Assembly (NCBI GenBank): GCA_977018835.1
Contig: OZ361261.1
Location: forward strand, 1,736,001 to 1,800,000
DNA: 64,000 nucleotides
Direction: 5' to 3'
Origin: Minutocellus sp. GHC0000111
Taxonomy: Eukaryota
Shown piece after piece: positions 53,739 to 64,000 of the stretch (position 1 is its first letter; every line of letters begins with the position of its first letter). The translations under genes were made by a program, and so were the position numbers. The notes under the pieces were generated by a model. It did not search any database, had not been told where the DNA came from, and saw only the letters and a list, made by a program, of their open reading frames with translations.

Positions 53739-56688
53739 ATGGCTTCCTATGAAATGTACGACCCCGAAGAGGCACTGTCCGATAGCGATGTGGACGACAT
53801 GAACGGCCACGGCCACGCCCCCCAGGAGGACGAAGAACAAGACGAGGAAAAGGTTGAAGAGCAGCTTCGGCAGGAACTGGAGCGGCTCCGAGGTGAAACG
53901 GCCATGGCACTCAAAAAATCATGGGCGGAGGTGGAGCAGCTTCAAAGTGAGGGTGTCGAGGGGAAGGAGAAGGTCAGTCAGCTGGAGCGCGAACTCGATG
54001 CTCTTAGGGCGCAGAACCAGCACCAATCGCCTCCGCAACACAACAATAATCGTGCAACATGGAGTCATCACCGCGATGACTGGCAATCTTCTTCCTCGTC
54101 CGAAGATGAATATGACAAAAGAGGCGGAGAAGGTGGGGGCGGCAGCGGTGGGGTGTACATGGCACCCCGCCGAACTTCTGTTCGGGGCGGTGAGCTGGTT
54201 ACCGGATCCCGGGTCGCGGCCGCCGCAGCAGGTGACTATGCAAGCGACTACGACGACAGCAATAACGAAGACGATTACAACAACGATGGCCAATATTCCG
54301 CGCGCCTCAACGATGCCGATGATTATGCCCGGCGTGAAAATGCCCAGCGGGAAAAACAGAACGGCGGAAATCCGCCGCCTGCAGCTGGCGAGGGACGTCG
54401 GAGACGACGATTCTCCATTGGCGGAATGATGAGTGCTGTGGCAATGGCGCCGGCGGCACCGGAACCATCGTCGGCAACGTTTGAGAGGCGATCATCGGAC
54501 TATTCAGAGTCGGGCGTTATGTATGGTCGGCGCCTATCGTCTCAGCAGGGAACTGAGGCGGAGGAGAAAAAGCGTGATTGGAAGAGCGGCGACATATCGA
54601 GCGACGACGACGATGGCAGTGATTGGGGCAAAGACTTCGAAGTGCGATCGCGGGAACCCTATGAAGAGTACGCCCAAACGATGCCCAGGGATCCATCCTC
54701 AGTCGACGATATCAGTGAGAGCTCGGGTGATATGCAGCAGTCCCAGGTATCAGAATCCGCTCTTGATTACATTGAAAATGTGTACACACGCGGATTTGGA
54801 GGCGACGGAGATGGCGATGCCAAGTCGGTGGGGGCAGTGCCGACGGGTCCCGGCCGCGATAAGAGAGAAAAGAGGGGTGGCCGAAGGAAGCAGAAGGGAG
54901 ACCAAGCCGTAGCTGCCGGACAAACCATTGAAAAATCAACAAATCGACAGTTTTCGATGGAGCGATCGGGATCGACTCGAAGTCTGGCCGAGGCCAGTCT
55001 TGCGGCTGTTTCCAATATGCTGAATCTCGATGATTCGAAAGATGATGATGATTTTGGGGAAGACGACGCCGGAGCTGATGCCGCTATGGACATTCACGAT
55101 GATCGGAGAGAAAAGGGCGCCATCGAACTTGGGTTAGCGGAGCAAGTCACTGGACTTGACATAGAGAAACAAAATGTCATTGATGAGATGCAGACCAAGC
55201 TGCGGGAAAAGGAGACCGATATTGAGAATATGGAGCGGACAACAAGCCAACAGGCGCAGCAAATATCTGAGCTCCAAGCCGAACTAGATCAATTACGTGA
55301 GCAGGCAGAAGAGGAGGAGAAAAAGGCAGTTGTTCCAGATATTAGCGATTTACTTGAAGAGATTGAGAAAAATCGAGTGGAGGCCTCAGCCTTGGAACGG
55401 CAGGTAAGCGATGCTGAATACAGACTTGAAGCTCGAAAGGAGCGGGAGAAAATTCTCACTTTAGCGCTAGCACAAATTGTAGAAAGCATAAAGTCTGATG
55501 AAGAGAATGCCACGGGACAACTGAAAGAAATGGAGGAACATCTGCGAAAGGCGAATGCGTCACGCGCAAAGTACGAAGAAGAAAATCGATCCATGAGACA
55601 AGAGACAGATGACATACTCGTCAAGTTACGCACCGACTTTTACGATACCCTTTCTGAGGGAGGCAGCACTGGCGATGCGTTTGCAAATTTAATGGCTGAA
55701 TTTCAGGAGCTGCGAGAAAAAGAAGAGGAACTTGGAGCGGTGCTTGTTTCGCGTATGCAAGAGAGGGGAGAAGTCGTCAACGCCTTAGAGGCGATCAAAG
55801 AGATTCGAGATCGATCGGATTTGGGCCAAAAGGCTGCTCAAGAAGTAATTCAGAAGCTGATATCGAGTCTGAATTCCATCAATTTTGACAACAAAGTTCT
55901 TTTCAGTCGCTTTGCGAAGAAGAACCGAGTCCATGAAAAAGCGACACGAGGATGCCATTGCGTCGTTGGAAGCTTTGGGAGAGATACAAAAAGAGACGCA
56001 CGCTTCTCTCGGCTTTATGCAAACAGAGCTGGCTGAACGCCTTGCTTTGTTGGAATGGAACAAGGAAAAGGCAGACATTGCTGGTAATGCCTCTGGAACT
56101 TCCTTTACGACAGCCGACGGCAAGAATATTGTGGACACAATGGATGATGCCGAACGAATACACATGGAAGCGAAGGATCGCCTCAATACCATTCGCGATG
56201 ACATCAGGTCAAACCTCATTAGTTCCACAGACAACGAATCCGTTCACTCTAAGATGACGAGTGCAACAGCCGCTTCAGCCGATGACGACGAAGATGAAGT
56301 GTTTCGACTTGAAGAAGAAATTTCATCCAAGGATGAAAAGATTGAAAGTCTGCAATCAACGGCAGAGAAGCTAACTGAGCAAATCGCATCGTTGAAGAAG
56401 GAACTAGCAGACACCGAAGGGATGGGCGAAAGAGATAAGACAAAGGCCATTGATACTATTGAACGGCTGCAGAAAAAAGTTCAAGAGGCAGTCGTTGTTT
56501 CGAAAGAGCGAGAAGAGAAGATATCTAATTTACAGGCTACCCTTCAAGAAAAGAAAGAAAACGAGGACGCATTAGAGTCAGAGCTTGATGCCATCACGGA
56601 AGAGGCACCGCAATCGCAGATAAATTCCGACTCTGATGATATGCCCGACGAAGACTTGCCCGCAGCGCTTGATCATGTTGGGTTGTAG
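53739..56688 (+). CDS. Long coiled-coil / low-complexity protein; apparent 1-nt frameshift at ~55923
   Basis: ORFs 53739-56036 and 55885-56688 are both E/K/L heptad-rich. Removing one A joins them (RFAKK-TESMKKR). Confidence 0.7.
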
Positions 56689-56737
56689 TTTTGTAATTTT
56701 TCAGCAATCGCAATCACAATCGCAAGTAAATGAATCG

Positions 56738-58423
56738 TTATGCTTTGGCTTCTATCATAAGTTTTCTCGCCGCGTCCAGCCCGGTGCGTATATTGTTTCC
56801 CTTGCCTTGGAATTTTCCAGAGCGTCCACCTCCACGTCCCTCAAGAGCAGCGGCAACATCCTTACCAATTTTTCCAACCAACATCTCATCGCCCACAAGC
56901 AGGAAACTCCCTTCCTCACCACTTTCACTCCCACCAATCAGCAGAAGCAAAATGCTACCACTTGATTCCAAAACGGTATTCGCCAATATAGTCTTGAACT
57001 GCATGTCAGAGCCACCAACATCTACGGCAGCCACGCCACCATTTGCATCTAGCGAACCAATAATTTCCCTGGCTTGGAAGGCACATATTTTCTCATTGAG
57101 CTTTTGAATTTCTCGCTCCTTCTCTTTCTTTTCGTCGACAATGGCCTGAACGCGAGGCACAATTTCGGATTCTATGCAAGAAAAAATGTTTGTAATATCA
57201 TCTTCACGCTTGTAGGCGGCATTCATTATGTTCATCAGCCGCTTCCCGGCGGCAAAATAGACTCGAAGGACATTACTTTTTTGCCGATCCAACCGGAAAA
57301 ATTTAATCATCTGGAGCTGTCCTAACGATTGGACATGGGTTCCACCGCATGTGTTTTGGTCAACCATGGTATTTCCATCTCCAATCTCAACAAGGCGTAT
57401 TTTTCCAGTAACACCTTCCGGGAGGAGACGGCTTCGTACTTCACCACTTTCCTTTGCCTTCTTCAAATCTTCCTCCTCCAAATATCTTGGCGTCATGGGA
57501 AGATTGAGCCTGATGTTTTCATTGACCATTTGTTCGATGCGCATCACGTTTGCTTTGTGGATGTCGGTATCAATTTCCGTCTCGACCAATAAATCAACAT
57601 ATGAAATGTCAGATTTCGTCGAGAGGCTGAAGCTATGAGTATTATAGCCGAAGGGTTCCGACAAAGCCACGGCGCTGATGAGATGCTGTGCCGAGTGCTG
57701 GGTCATTAGATCGAACCTCCTATCCCAATCCAGCTGTTGGTCGATGACCGCGCCATCCGATTCGAGAGCTTCCACAATGCGCTCTTGATCATCAGTGGGC
57801 AGCGGGCACGTCAGCAGGCATATCTGGTTCATGCCGTTCACCTCGGTCACCGATAATCCGATTTCATCAGACGAGCTTGGTGTCTTGATCACAATCTTGC
57901 CAGTATCGAATGGTTGTCCACCTCCTTCGGGGTAAAAAATGCTATCTGTCAGGGCTAGTGCCAGGACAAGCCGAGGCCCCGTGATTGCAGAACTTCCGCC
58001 GTCTTCGATACTGCCGCCCTTCTTTTTGGCATTCTTGCCACCTTTCTTCTTCTTTGTGGTCTGTTCAGTCTCCTCGTAGACGGCATACGCAAGCGGCTTT
58101 GTACCGCCAAGCGTTGTCTGAAAGCTGTTGCGTTGACATGCAAGCTCTCCACACTTGGTGATATCATCGTCTCTTTTCGTCGAGACCGACTCAGCCACAA
58201 ATGCACGGGCGTCCTTGGTTGACGTAAATACCGATGGAGATGAAGTCACCATGTTGGTTGTGCTCAAATGCCGTCCGTCGGATTGCGTGAAGAAGAGATG
58301 GCCCGAGGAATGGCGAACTGGAAACAAAGGCAGCGACGGCTGAAAAGCGAATGCAGAGAGCAATGGTGCAACAATAGAGATGCCGCCGAGCCGGAGACCG
58401 AGCTTGGCCGCAGGACGGTACAT
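56738..58423 (-). CDS. AARSD1: Alanyl-tRNA editing protein (AlaX/AARSD1-like) with DHHA1 C-terminus
   Basis: FYPEGGGQPFD, zinc motifs QHSAQH and CGGTH, RVYFAAG and C-terminal GRGGG..FQG. No aminoacylation domain. Confidence 0.88.
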   Translation of the reverse strand: MYRPAAKLGLRLGGISIVAPLLSAFAFQPSLPLFPVRHSSGHLFFTQSDGRHLSTTNMVTSSPSVFTSTKDARAFVAESVSTKRDDDITKCGELACQRNSFQTTLGGTKPLAYAVYEETEQTTKKKKGGKNAKKKGGSIEDGGSSAITGPRLVLALALTDSIFYPEGGGQPFDTGKIVIKTPSSSDEIGLSVTEVNGMNQICLLTCPLPTDDQERIVEALESDGAVIDQQLDWDRRFDLMTQHSAQHLISAVALSEPFGYNTHSFSLSTKSDISYVDLLVETEIDTDIHKANVMRIEQMVNENIRLNLPMTPRYLEEEDLKKAKESGEVRSRLLPEGVTGKIRLVEIGDGNTMVDQNTCGGTHVQSLGQLQMIKFFRLDRQKSNVLRVYFAAGKRLMNIMNAAYKREDDITNIFSCIESEIVPRVQAIVDEKKEKEREIQKLNEKICAFQAREIIGSLDANGGVAAVDVGGSDMQFKTILANTVLESSGSILLLLIGGSESGEEGSFLLVGDEMLVGKIGKDVAAALEGRGGGRSGKFQGKGNNIRTGLDAARKLMIEAKA

Positions 58424-58573
58424 GACCTTCTTTGCTTCGGGCGGAAGTGAGGAAGTGTGAGGTGGTACTCTAGGACTCCCTAGCTAGTAGTAGCTATGGC
58501 TGGTATCTCTGTCCAAAGTAACCCGGCATTCGACACCTGCTAAACAATCAATAAATGGGCTAGCAGATCTACT

Positions 58574-59971
58574 TCAATACGAATTAGGACTACAATCCAC
58601 CTCAAAATCGACAGGAGACTCCAAATCATTTTGGCTACACCAAGGCGCCTCTTTCGCATACCGTAGAGCCTCAGCCTCCATCACACTTGCATCCATCTTG
58701 TCACCAGAAATATGTGAGAGTTTTGGCATGCGGCTCATAATTTCTCTCGGAGAATCAACATTCATAAGTCTCGCAAGCTCATCGATGTCTGTTGGACTAA
58801 TTGTATCCGTATCGTTTTGAAATTTCAGGGTAAATATCTCCATGTCTCTGCCACCTTTCTGGCTCTTTAGAAACATGCGCCATCTCGCTTCCACCTCGTC
58901 AACAAACCAAATGTGTTGCATAAAGACGGTCCAACCATCCCATGCATCTCGACTTGGTTTGAGGATTGACATTTCATCCCACGGACATACTACGACGCCC
59001 TTTTCACTGAGACAAGGATCAGGTCTATTACCACCACTATCTTGCGCAAAGCTTCGGGCGACGTTGATTCGTTTTCGTCGTATTCGTACCCACTTCAAAT
59101 CGAATTCTTTCGAGAGAGCCATGTGATACGTCGAAAGGTCGTAGAAGATGTGCGTATGACCGAATTTCACCATCTGATTGAGCCCATCTTTTTGTCCAAA
59201 ATATTTCACAATCTTTGCCAGCCTCGGTATTCGACTATCGGCCAGATAACGTTCTAATTCTGTCGTATTGCCGTGTCTATTCCAATCCTTGAGCTCCAAT
59301 CGATTCGGATCGTCCTTGTAGACTCGCTCCGGATCCACCTTTGCATGGCAGTGCCTGTCGAATCGATGTAAGCACGTTGTATCAACATCAAGATCAATCA
59401 TATGAATCGTTGGGAGGAACCGATCAATCCCAATGTGCTGTTGATACTGCGATAGAGAAAGATTCACCGCCTTCGTGTATGGGCCAAGGTACAGATTGTC
59501 TTCGTTCCAGTAGAGAGATGTTGCGTGGTGCTGATCAGCCACTTGCATTTGCGATTGCACATTATGATATCGACTAGATGGAAGGGCCGACGATACAGCA
59601 TTGGACATAAATATCTCAGTCAAGAAGCGTGTTCCACAGTGGCCGGGGCTGTAGAACCGCACAAATGTTGGCCGGTGAGGTGCACCATCACTTATGCCAG
59701 ATTTTTGAGATGAGAACACGAGGTTTGACGTCGATGCAATGGCGAGCGATACCGACACCGCAATCGTGGCAAGTAGCAGACATCGCGGCGCTTTGTTATT
59801 GTGGGGAATATCTTCTCTCGCGATCGCTGCGTGGTTGTCTCGGTCGTCAATCCCATCTCCGGCCTCTGATGTCAGTGGTTGGAGCTCGATTGCTGAATTG
59901 TAGGAATCATCATTCGATATGGAGGCGACTGCATCCGCTGTCACGGAAAAGTCGACGTGAGAGCAATACAT
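58574..59971 (-). CDS. Type II membrane protein with sulfotransferase-like P-loop
   Basis: 465-aa ORF with TM CLLLATIAVSVSLAIA, the 5'PSB-like FYSPGHCGTRFL and the 3'PB-like VRIRR....VARS. Confidence 0.55.
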   Translation of the reverse strand: MYCSHVDFSVTADAVASISNDDSYNSAIELQPLTSEAGDGIDDRDNHAAIAREDIPHNNKAPRCLLLATIAVSVSLAIASTSNLVFSSQKSGISDGAPHRPTFVRFYSPGHCGTRFLTEIFMSNAVSSALPSSRYHNVQSQMQVADQHHATSLYWNEDNLYLGPYTKAVNLSLSQYQQHIGIDRFLPTIHMIDLDVDTTCLHRFDRHCHAKVDPERVYKDDPNRLELKDWNRHGNTTELERYLADSRIPRLAKIVKYFGQKDGLNQMVKFGHTHIFYDLSTYHMALSKEFDLKWVRIRRKRINVARSFAQDSGGNRPDPCLSEKGVVVCPWDEMSILKPSRDAWDGWTVFMQHIWFVDEVEARWRMFLKSQKGGRDMEIFTLKFQNDTDTISPTDIDELARLMNVDSPREIMSRMPKLSHISGDKMDASVMEAEALRYAKEAPWCSQNDLESPVDFEVDCSPNSY

Positions 59972-60587
59972 CGGAGTGTATCAGCGTGCGATTAGCGCAC
60001 CATGTTTATAATCGCTCCTAACGCAATGCACTGGCCTCTTGCACTCAATGATTGGCGCATCAATGGCTGGGCGCATCCAACCACGTTTCTCTCCGACGAC
60101 TTGACTTCACTTCATCTTCATCCGCCTTCCTGCTGCTGCTTCAGTGGGCAGCGACTTGGGGTCCACGTGCATACGAACCAGGACGTCAATGGCGGGGGGA
60201 TGGCTGGGTAGATGTAGCGATGGCGGCTTGGAGAGCAGAAAAAGCTGGCCAGCGGCAAGAGAGAAAAGGGAACCTCAATTTTTAATTTTAGTTTGCCGAA
60301 CCCTTTTTTAGACACAAATAAGCCCGGAGGATTAGTCGCCAATGACACATTGCATACACGTATGCATGATGTGATGAAAAAGACAAGCATGTACTTGTAA
60401 ATTTTGGGTGCAATGCCGAAAGGAGAGAGAGAGGAGCGTGCGTTCGTTATTGGCTACGGAGCGGCTATCCACAGGCAGCGAGCGCTCGCATGGATGCGGC
60501 AGTTCGTCAATCATTGCATACATAATGTGCAGACACACAAGTAAGGCCAATCTCTCATGAAATGTGATCTGACTTCCCTCGATCATG

Positions 60588-61299
60588 TCACCAACCCATT
60601 TCTTCTTTAAAGCATTTCTCACAAACAAAACGAGTGCAGCCTGAGAAGGGATCGAGGAATCGTGGGAGGGGTTCTCCTCCACATTTGTGGCAATCTGGAG
60701 ATACTTTCTCAGGGCTTCTGCTTAGGAAGATCTTCCGATCTGGTTCGGCGCTGCGGTACTGCTGGATCAAGTGGCATGTTACGAAACTCCTTTTCTCTGC
60801 ATCGGTTTTCATGGCATCAAAGTCTTTCATGGTGAAGGGTTTGCCTTGTGAGTCCTGATACTCAAAACCCATGGCAAAGAAAGCAAGGGCGGATTTGCGC
60901 AAGTTCTTCGTCTCCAGTAGCTCGGAGGTCTATCGCTCTTCGCCGAACTGACATTCACACGAACTTGCATGCGAGCATCGCCTCTCCGTTTGGCTTTCCC
61001 AAATCATGGCACCGAATGCTTGAGATGGGACTGGGCCCACCTGCCCTTTGAAGCACTTCGCACATCCTTTTGTTATGTGTCGTCAATCCGAAGGGTAGGA
61101 CGAAGATGCCATCAACCACGGCACCTTCTGGAACTTTTTGCTTCCAAGCTCGTTTTAGACACGATGCGTCACAGAACTTGGAAAGCTTGCAATTTGCACA
61201 GCGCCGTTTTCCTTGTCCCGGTATGCAGGCATCACACGACGGCGGTATTCCTTCTGACGGGTAACCTAGTAGGGGGGTAGTTCCGCCGCGCTGGCTCAT
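60588..61299 (-). pseudogene. Degenerate MYND-type zinc-finger gene
   Basis: CDAC...RRCANCK...FCDASCLKRAW...H...C is MYND-like. The frame ends at 60955, and the downstream frame has a TAG before a second CxxC...CxxC segment. Confidence 0.45.
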
Positions 61300-61502
61300 G
61301 TTTCGTCTCTTGACTCGCGCTTCCGATGGCAGGGCAGAAGGCAAGGATGAATGAAGCGGCCAACCGCCAACCAACTGCTATCGCCAGCAGCTTTCCGATT
61401 TCTGACTTTCGCTTGCTTGGCTTGAGGGAGCGGCGACTTGGGGTCCACGGGCATACTCTCATCGAAGACCACCAGCCCAGGCAGAGAAAGAAGCGAGCAA
61501 CG

Positions 61503-62474
61503 ATGGTTACAACGAGGAGCCAGACGGCACGTAGTAAAGCACATGTGCTAGCATCGCCGCCGCCGCCGTATCATTCGGTGCTGTTTGTGCTTCTCGTGGC
61601 CATTATTTTTATCAAGTGCCTACCGACGCTCGAGCGAATTGATGAGGTGGCTACAATTGACACGCTGACACACAGCCTATTTGTCGGACCAACGTCTCTC
61701 GCTCTTATTCGGCTGCTCATTTCTGTGTTCATTCTCGGTGTGACGGTAAAGCGTGTATTGGGTCCTGGCGTTGCTCCGCAGCCGACATATTTACCCCAAA
61801 GCAAGCTCCGATCGGCACCCCTTCGTTTAGTGGGACTTCGAAGTTTGGCGCCCTTCACATTGTGGTGCTGGGTCCTGCTGGGCGTCACATTTGCACTGAC
61901 GGGTACTATTCCTTTACTCTACACGCTGGATCGGACGTATCTTGTACGCCCCTGGCATCTGCGTTTGGCGTTGCTGGCATTTGAGATATCAGCCCCATGT
62001 GCCTTTTTGGTTTCTACCTGCGTGAAGTATGCTCTTTGGCCTCATGCATATCGGAGCAAGGGCAGCGAGGGGACCAAAGTCTTTCGGTCCTTTTATGGAA
62101 TTGTCACGCACAACTTGAATGTGATATTTGTAATTGCAGAGGTGGCGCTACTTGGAGGTCTTCCAGTTGATATGTCGCATGTTGCGATAGCACCAATCAT
62201 TGGATTGCTGTATGTGCAGTTCGCTTGGTGGATGAGTGACCGATGGCACCCAAAGGAAGAACACCGAGGTCCCCAATACCTTTATTTCTTTTTGGATACG
62301 ACACTGGGTTGGACAACGACAAAGGCATTGGCTGCGTTGCTGGTGGTTCTCTTGGTATTTTTCGTGGTGTTTAGCATCATTGATGACGTGCTCGAACATC
62401 TTCAAGGTGGCTTGTTTTTGCATGTGGTGGCTTGCATCCTGGCATCATGCTTGGCTTGTAAAATAAGAGACTAG
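61503..62474 (+). CDS. Multi-pass membrane protein, possibly FAR-17a/AIG1 (rolling-stone)-like
   Basis: About 7 hydrophobic segments with the FTLW, HNLN and YLYFFLD pattern; start at MVTTRSQ. Confidence 0.6.
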   Translation: MVTTRSQTARSKAHVLASPPPPYHSVLFVLLVAIIFIKCLPTLERIDEVATIDTLTHSLFVGPTSLALIRLLISVFILGVTVKRVLGPGVAPQPTYLPQSKLRSAPLRLVGLRSLAPFTLWCWVLLGVTFALTGTIPLLYTLDRTYLVRPWHLRLALLAFEISAPCAFLVSTCVKYALWPHAYRSKGSEGTKVFRSFYGIVTHNLNVIFVIAEVALLGGLPVDMSHVAIAPIIGLLYVQFAWWMSDRWHPKEEHRGPQYLYFFLDTTLGWTTTKALAALLVVLLVFFVVFSIIDDVLEHLQGGLFLHVVACILASCLACKIRD

Positions 62475-62950
62475 GCACGTAGTTCAGAGGTGTTATTTGT
62501 TCATAACATTGCAATTCATGCATTGTTGGGAGGATCTTTGGCCTCCCGGAACCTGTCGACGACGTTGCTTCGTTGCTGCGCCTTTTGGTACGGCAGTTAG
62601 TCGAGCGGGTCTTTCGCCTGCAGCCTTGAAAGCGTACCTTTCGAGTTCAGAGGATTTGAAAGTGACGTGATGATGACGTATTAGAAACACGACCACACCA
62701 GACCAAAAATCCAAGCTCACTTTTTCTAACTCCGAGGAATAAATGACGGCCAAGATGGAAGTCGGGGCAAGAACCAAGTTATGGTCACCAACTTCTACAT
62801 ATAGTCGAGAGATATTGTGCATCAGAACCAATAAATGTACATTATGTGATGATTTTTTTCGACATTTGCATTCCTCACCCCGGGAAAAAATACATTTTTG
62901 GAAGCACCAAATCAAAATGTAATGAATAGAAATGGACATGCTATGATAAG

Positions 62951-64000
62951 TTATAGCAAATCAATGACTCCATCGTCTTCATCATTTTCATCTATGTCGT
63001 CCTCAATGTCATCATCTTCGCCGGGAGCATCAATTGGCCAGAGTGGTTCACCATCCTCTTCAGCTTCTTCCTCGGCAATTTTTGCGAGACCAGCCTTTCC
63101 CCGTCTGGTCTCCACAAGATTGTTACCGCCACGACTTCTCTTGATGTTGTTACATATCACTGGAAGTTTTCCAAATACATTGAGAAAGGCCTCTTTTGAT
63201 GCGACATTGGCCCATACTTTCATCACAGTCTTGTCAAGAGCATTCGCATCATTCTTCTGACCGCGATGCTCCTTTTCGACGGCCGACTGCAAAGACATCC
63301 AGATGCCGAGATCAAGAACATTTGTCTCGGGCGACCGAGGAACCTGCTGGATTATCTCAATCTTATATTTGTTTTTGAGGTCCTCGGTGTACTTCTCAAC
63401 TGCTTCATTGGACCCATGACCGCCGGCATTGTCCATCATAAGATGTGTAACATCAGACTCCTGAATATTTTGTGGATCCCACTTCACCCAATGATGTGCG
63501 TCTCGAATCGCCTTCCCGACCTCATTCACAGTCTCCAACATCCATTTGGAGTCGCAGCTACAGTCCTTGGTAACCTTATCGCCCCGTTGATACCGCACCC
63601 CGAGCTCAAGGTCGTCGATCTCAACCTTCACCTTCTCTCCATTGCTGTCAGGAGTGCGTCGCTTGAGACTCGAGATCTTTTGATTGTAGCCAACAGCGGC
63701 ATGCTTGCGATGGCCGGCGGTCATGTCAGCATTCTCGTCGTAAATGTCGCGCCAATCTTTGTCATTTTTAGCGCATCGTTGACCTTAGCATCTGGAGAGA
63801 AATTCTGATTACGCGTAAGCTTTTCCACCTTCTGCTCCCTGGCGACTCTCTTGATCATGATGCGCCCATTGAAATCAACGTCTTTGGTTTCATCCTTCAT
63901 TGGTCGGCCAACAACTCCAAGACACATAACTTTGACAGGGGGTCTTCTGGATCGAATTTTCGGGCGCTTGCCTCAGAAGCATGGACAGACGCGAGGTTCG
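62951..64000 (-). mobile_element. Tc1/mariner transposase of the DD39D class; 3' part only, apparent frameshift at 63765-63769
   Basis: KVMCLGVVGRP and FNGRI blocks. MMDNAGGHG and QVPRSPETNVLDLGIW have exactly 39 residues between the second and third catalytic Asp. Confidence 0.85.

Noticed and set aside
62480..62950. Terminal inverted repeat of the DD39D element
   Set aside because: No Stowaway-like CTCCCTCC end is visible, and the other end lies outside the window, so no boundary can be supported.

Overview
Gene-dense eukaryotic nuclear DNA, most likely a diatom. The evidence is short GT-AG introns, bipartite plastid presequences (signal peptide plus A/G-F motif), frustulin-type acidic cysteine-rich domains, a diatom-style HSF and a 'V.F...WY' family protein. 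About 27 protein-coding loci are present, with no recognisable rRNA, tRNA or CRISPR array. The most notable item is a three-exon, apparently plastid-targeted gene (47561-50233) that fuses the NAD(P)HX epimerase NAXE/YjeF_N in frame to D-3-phosphoglycerate dehydrogenase, an enzyme known to be inhibited by NADHX. Next is a ~3,100-aa, seven-exon type I membrane protein (18755-28857). It combines exon-duplicated CxxC repeats, two frustulin-like domains, six beta-helix-like modules and an M28 peptidase-like domain. Also present are a bacterial-type secreted PQQ sugar dehydrogenase carrying an intron, an atypical kinase-like protein, a local paralog pair sharing a C-terminal motif, a DD39D mariner transposase, candidate non-autonomous elements and many TA-flanked palindromic footprints. 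About ten loci carry frameshifts or premature stops, many in homopolymer runs, so consensus-sequence error is a real caveat throughout.
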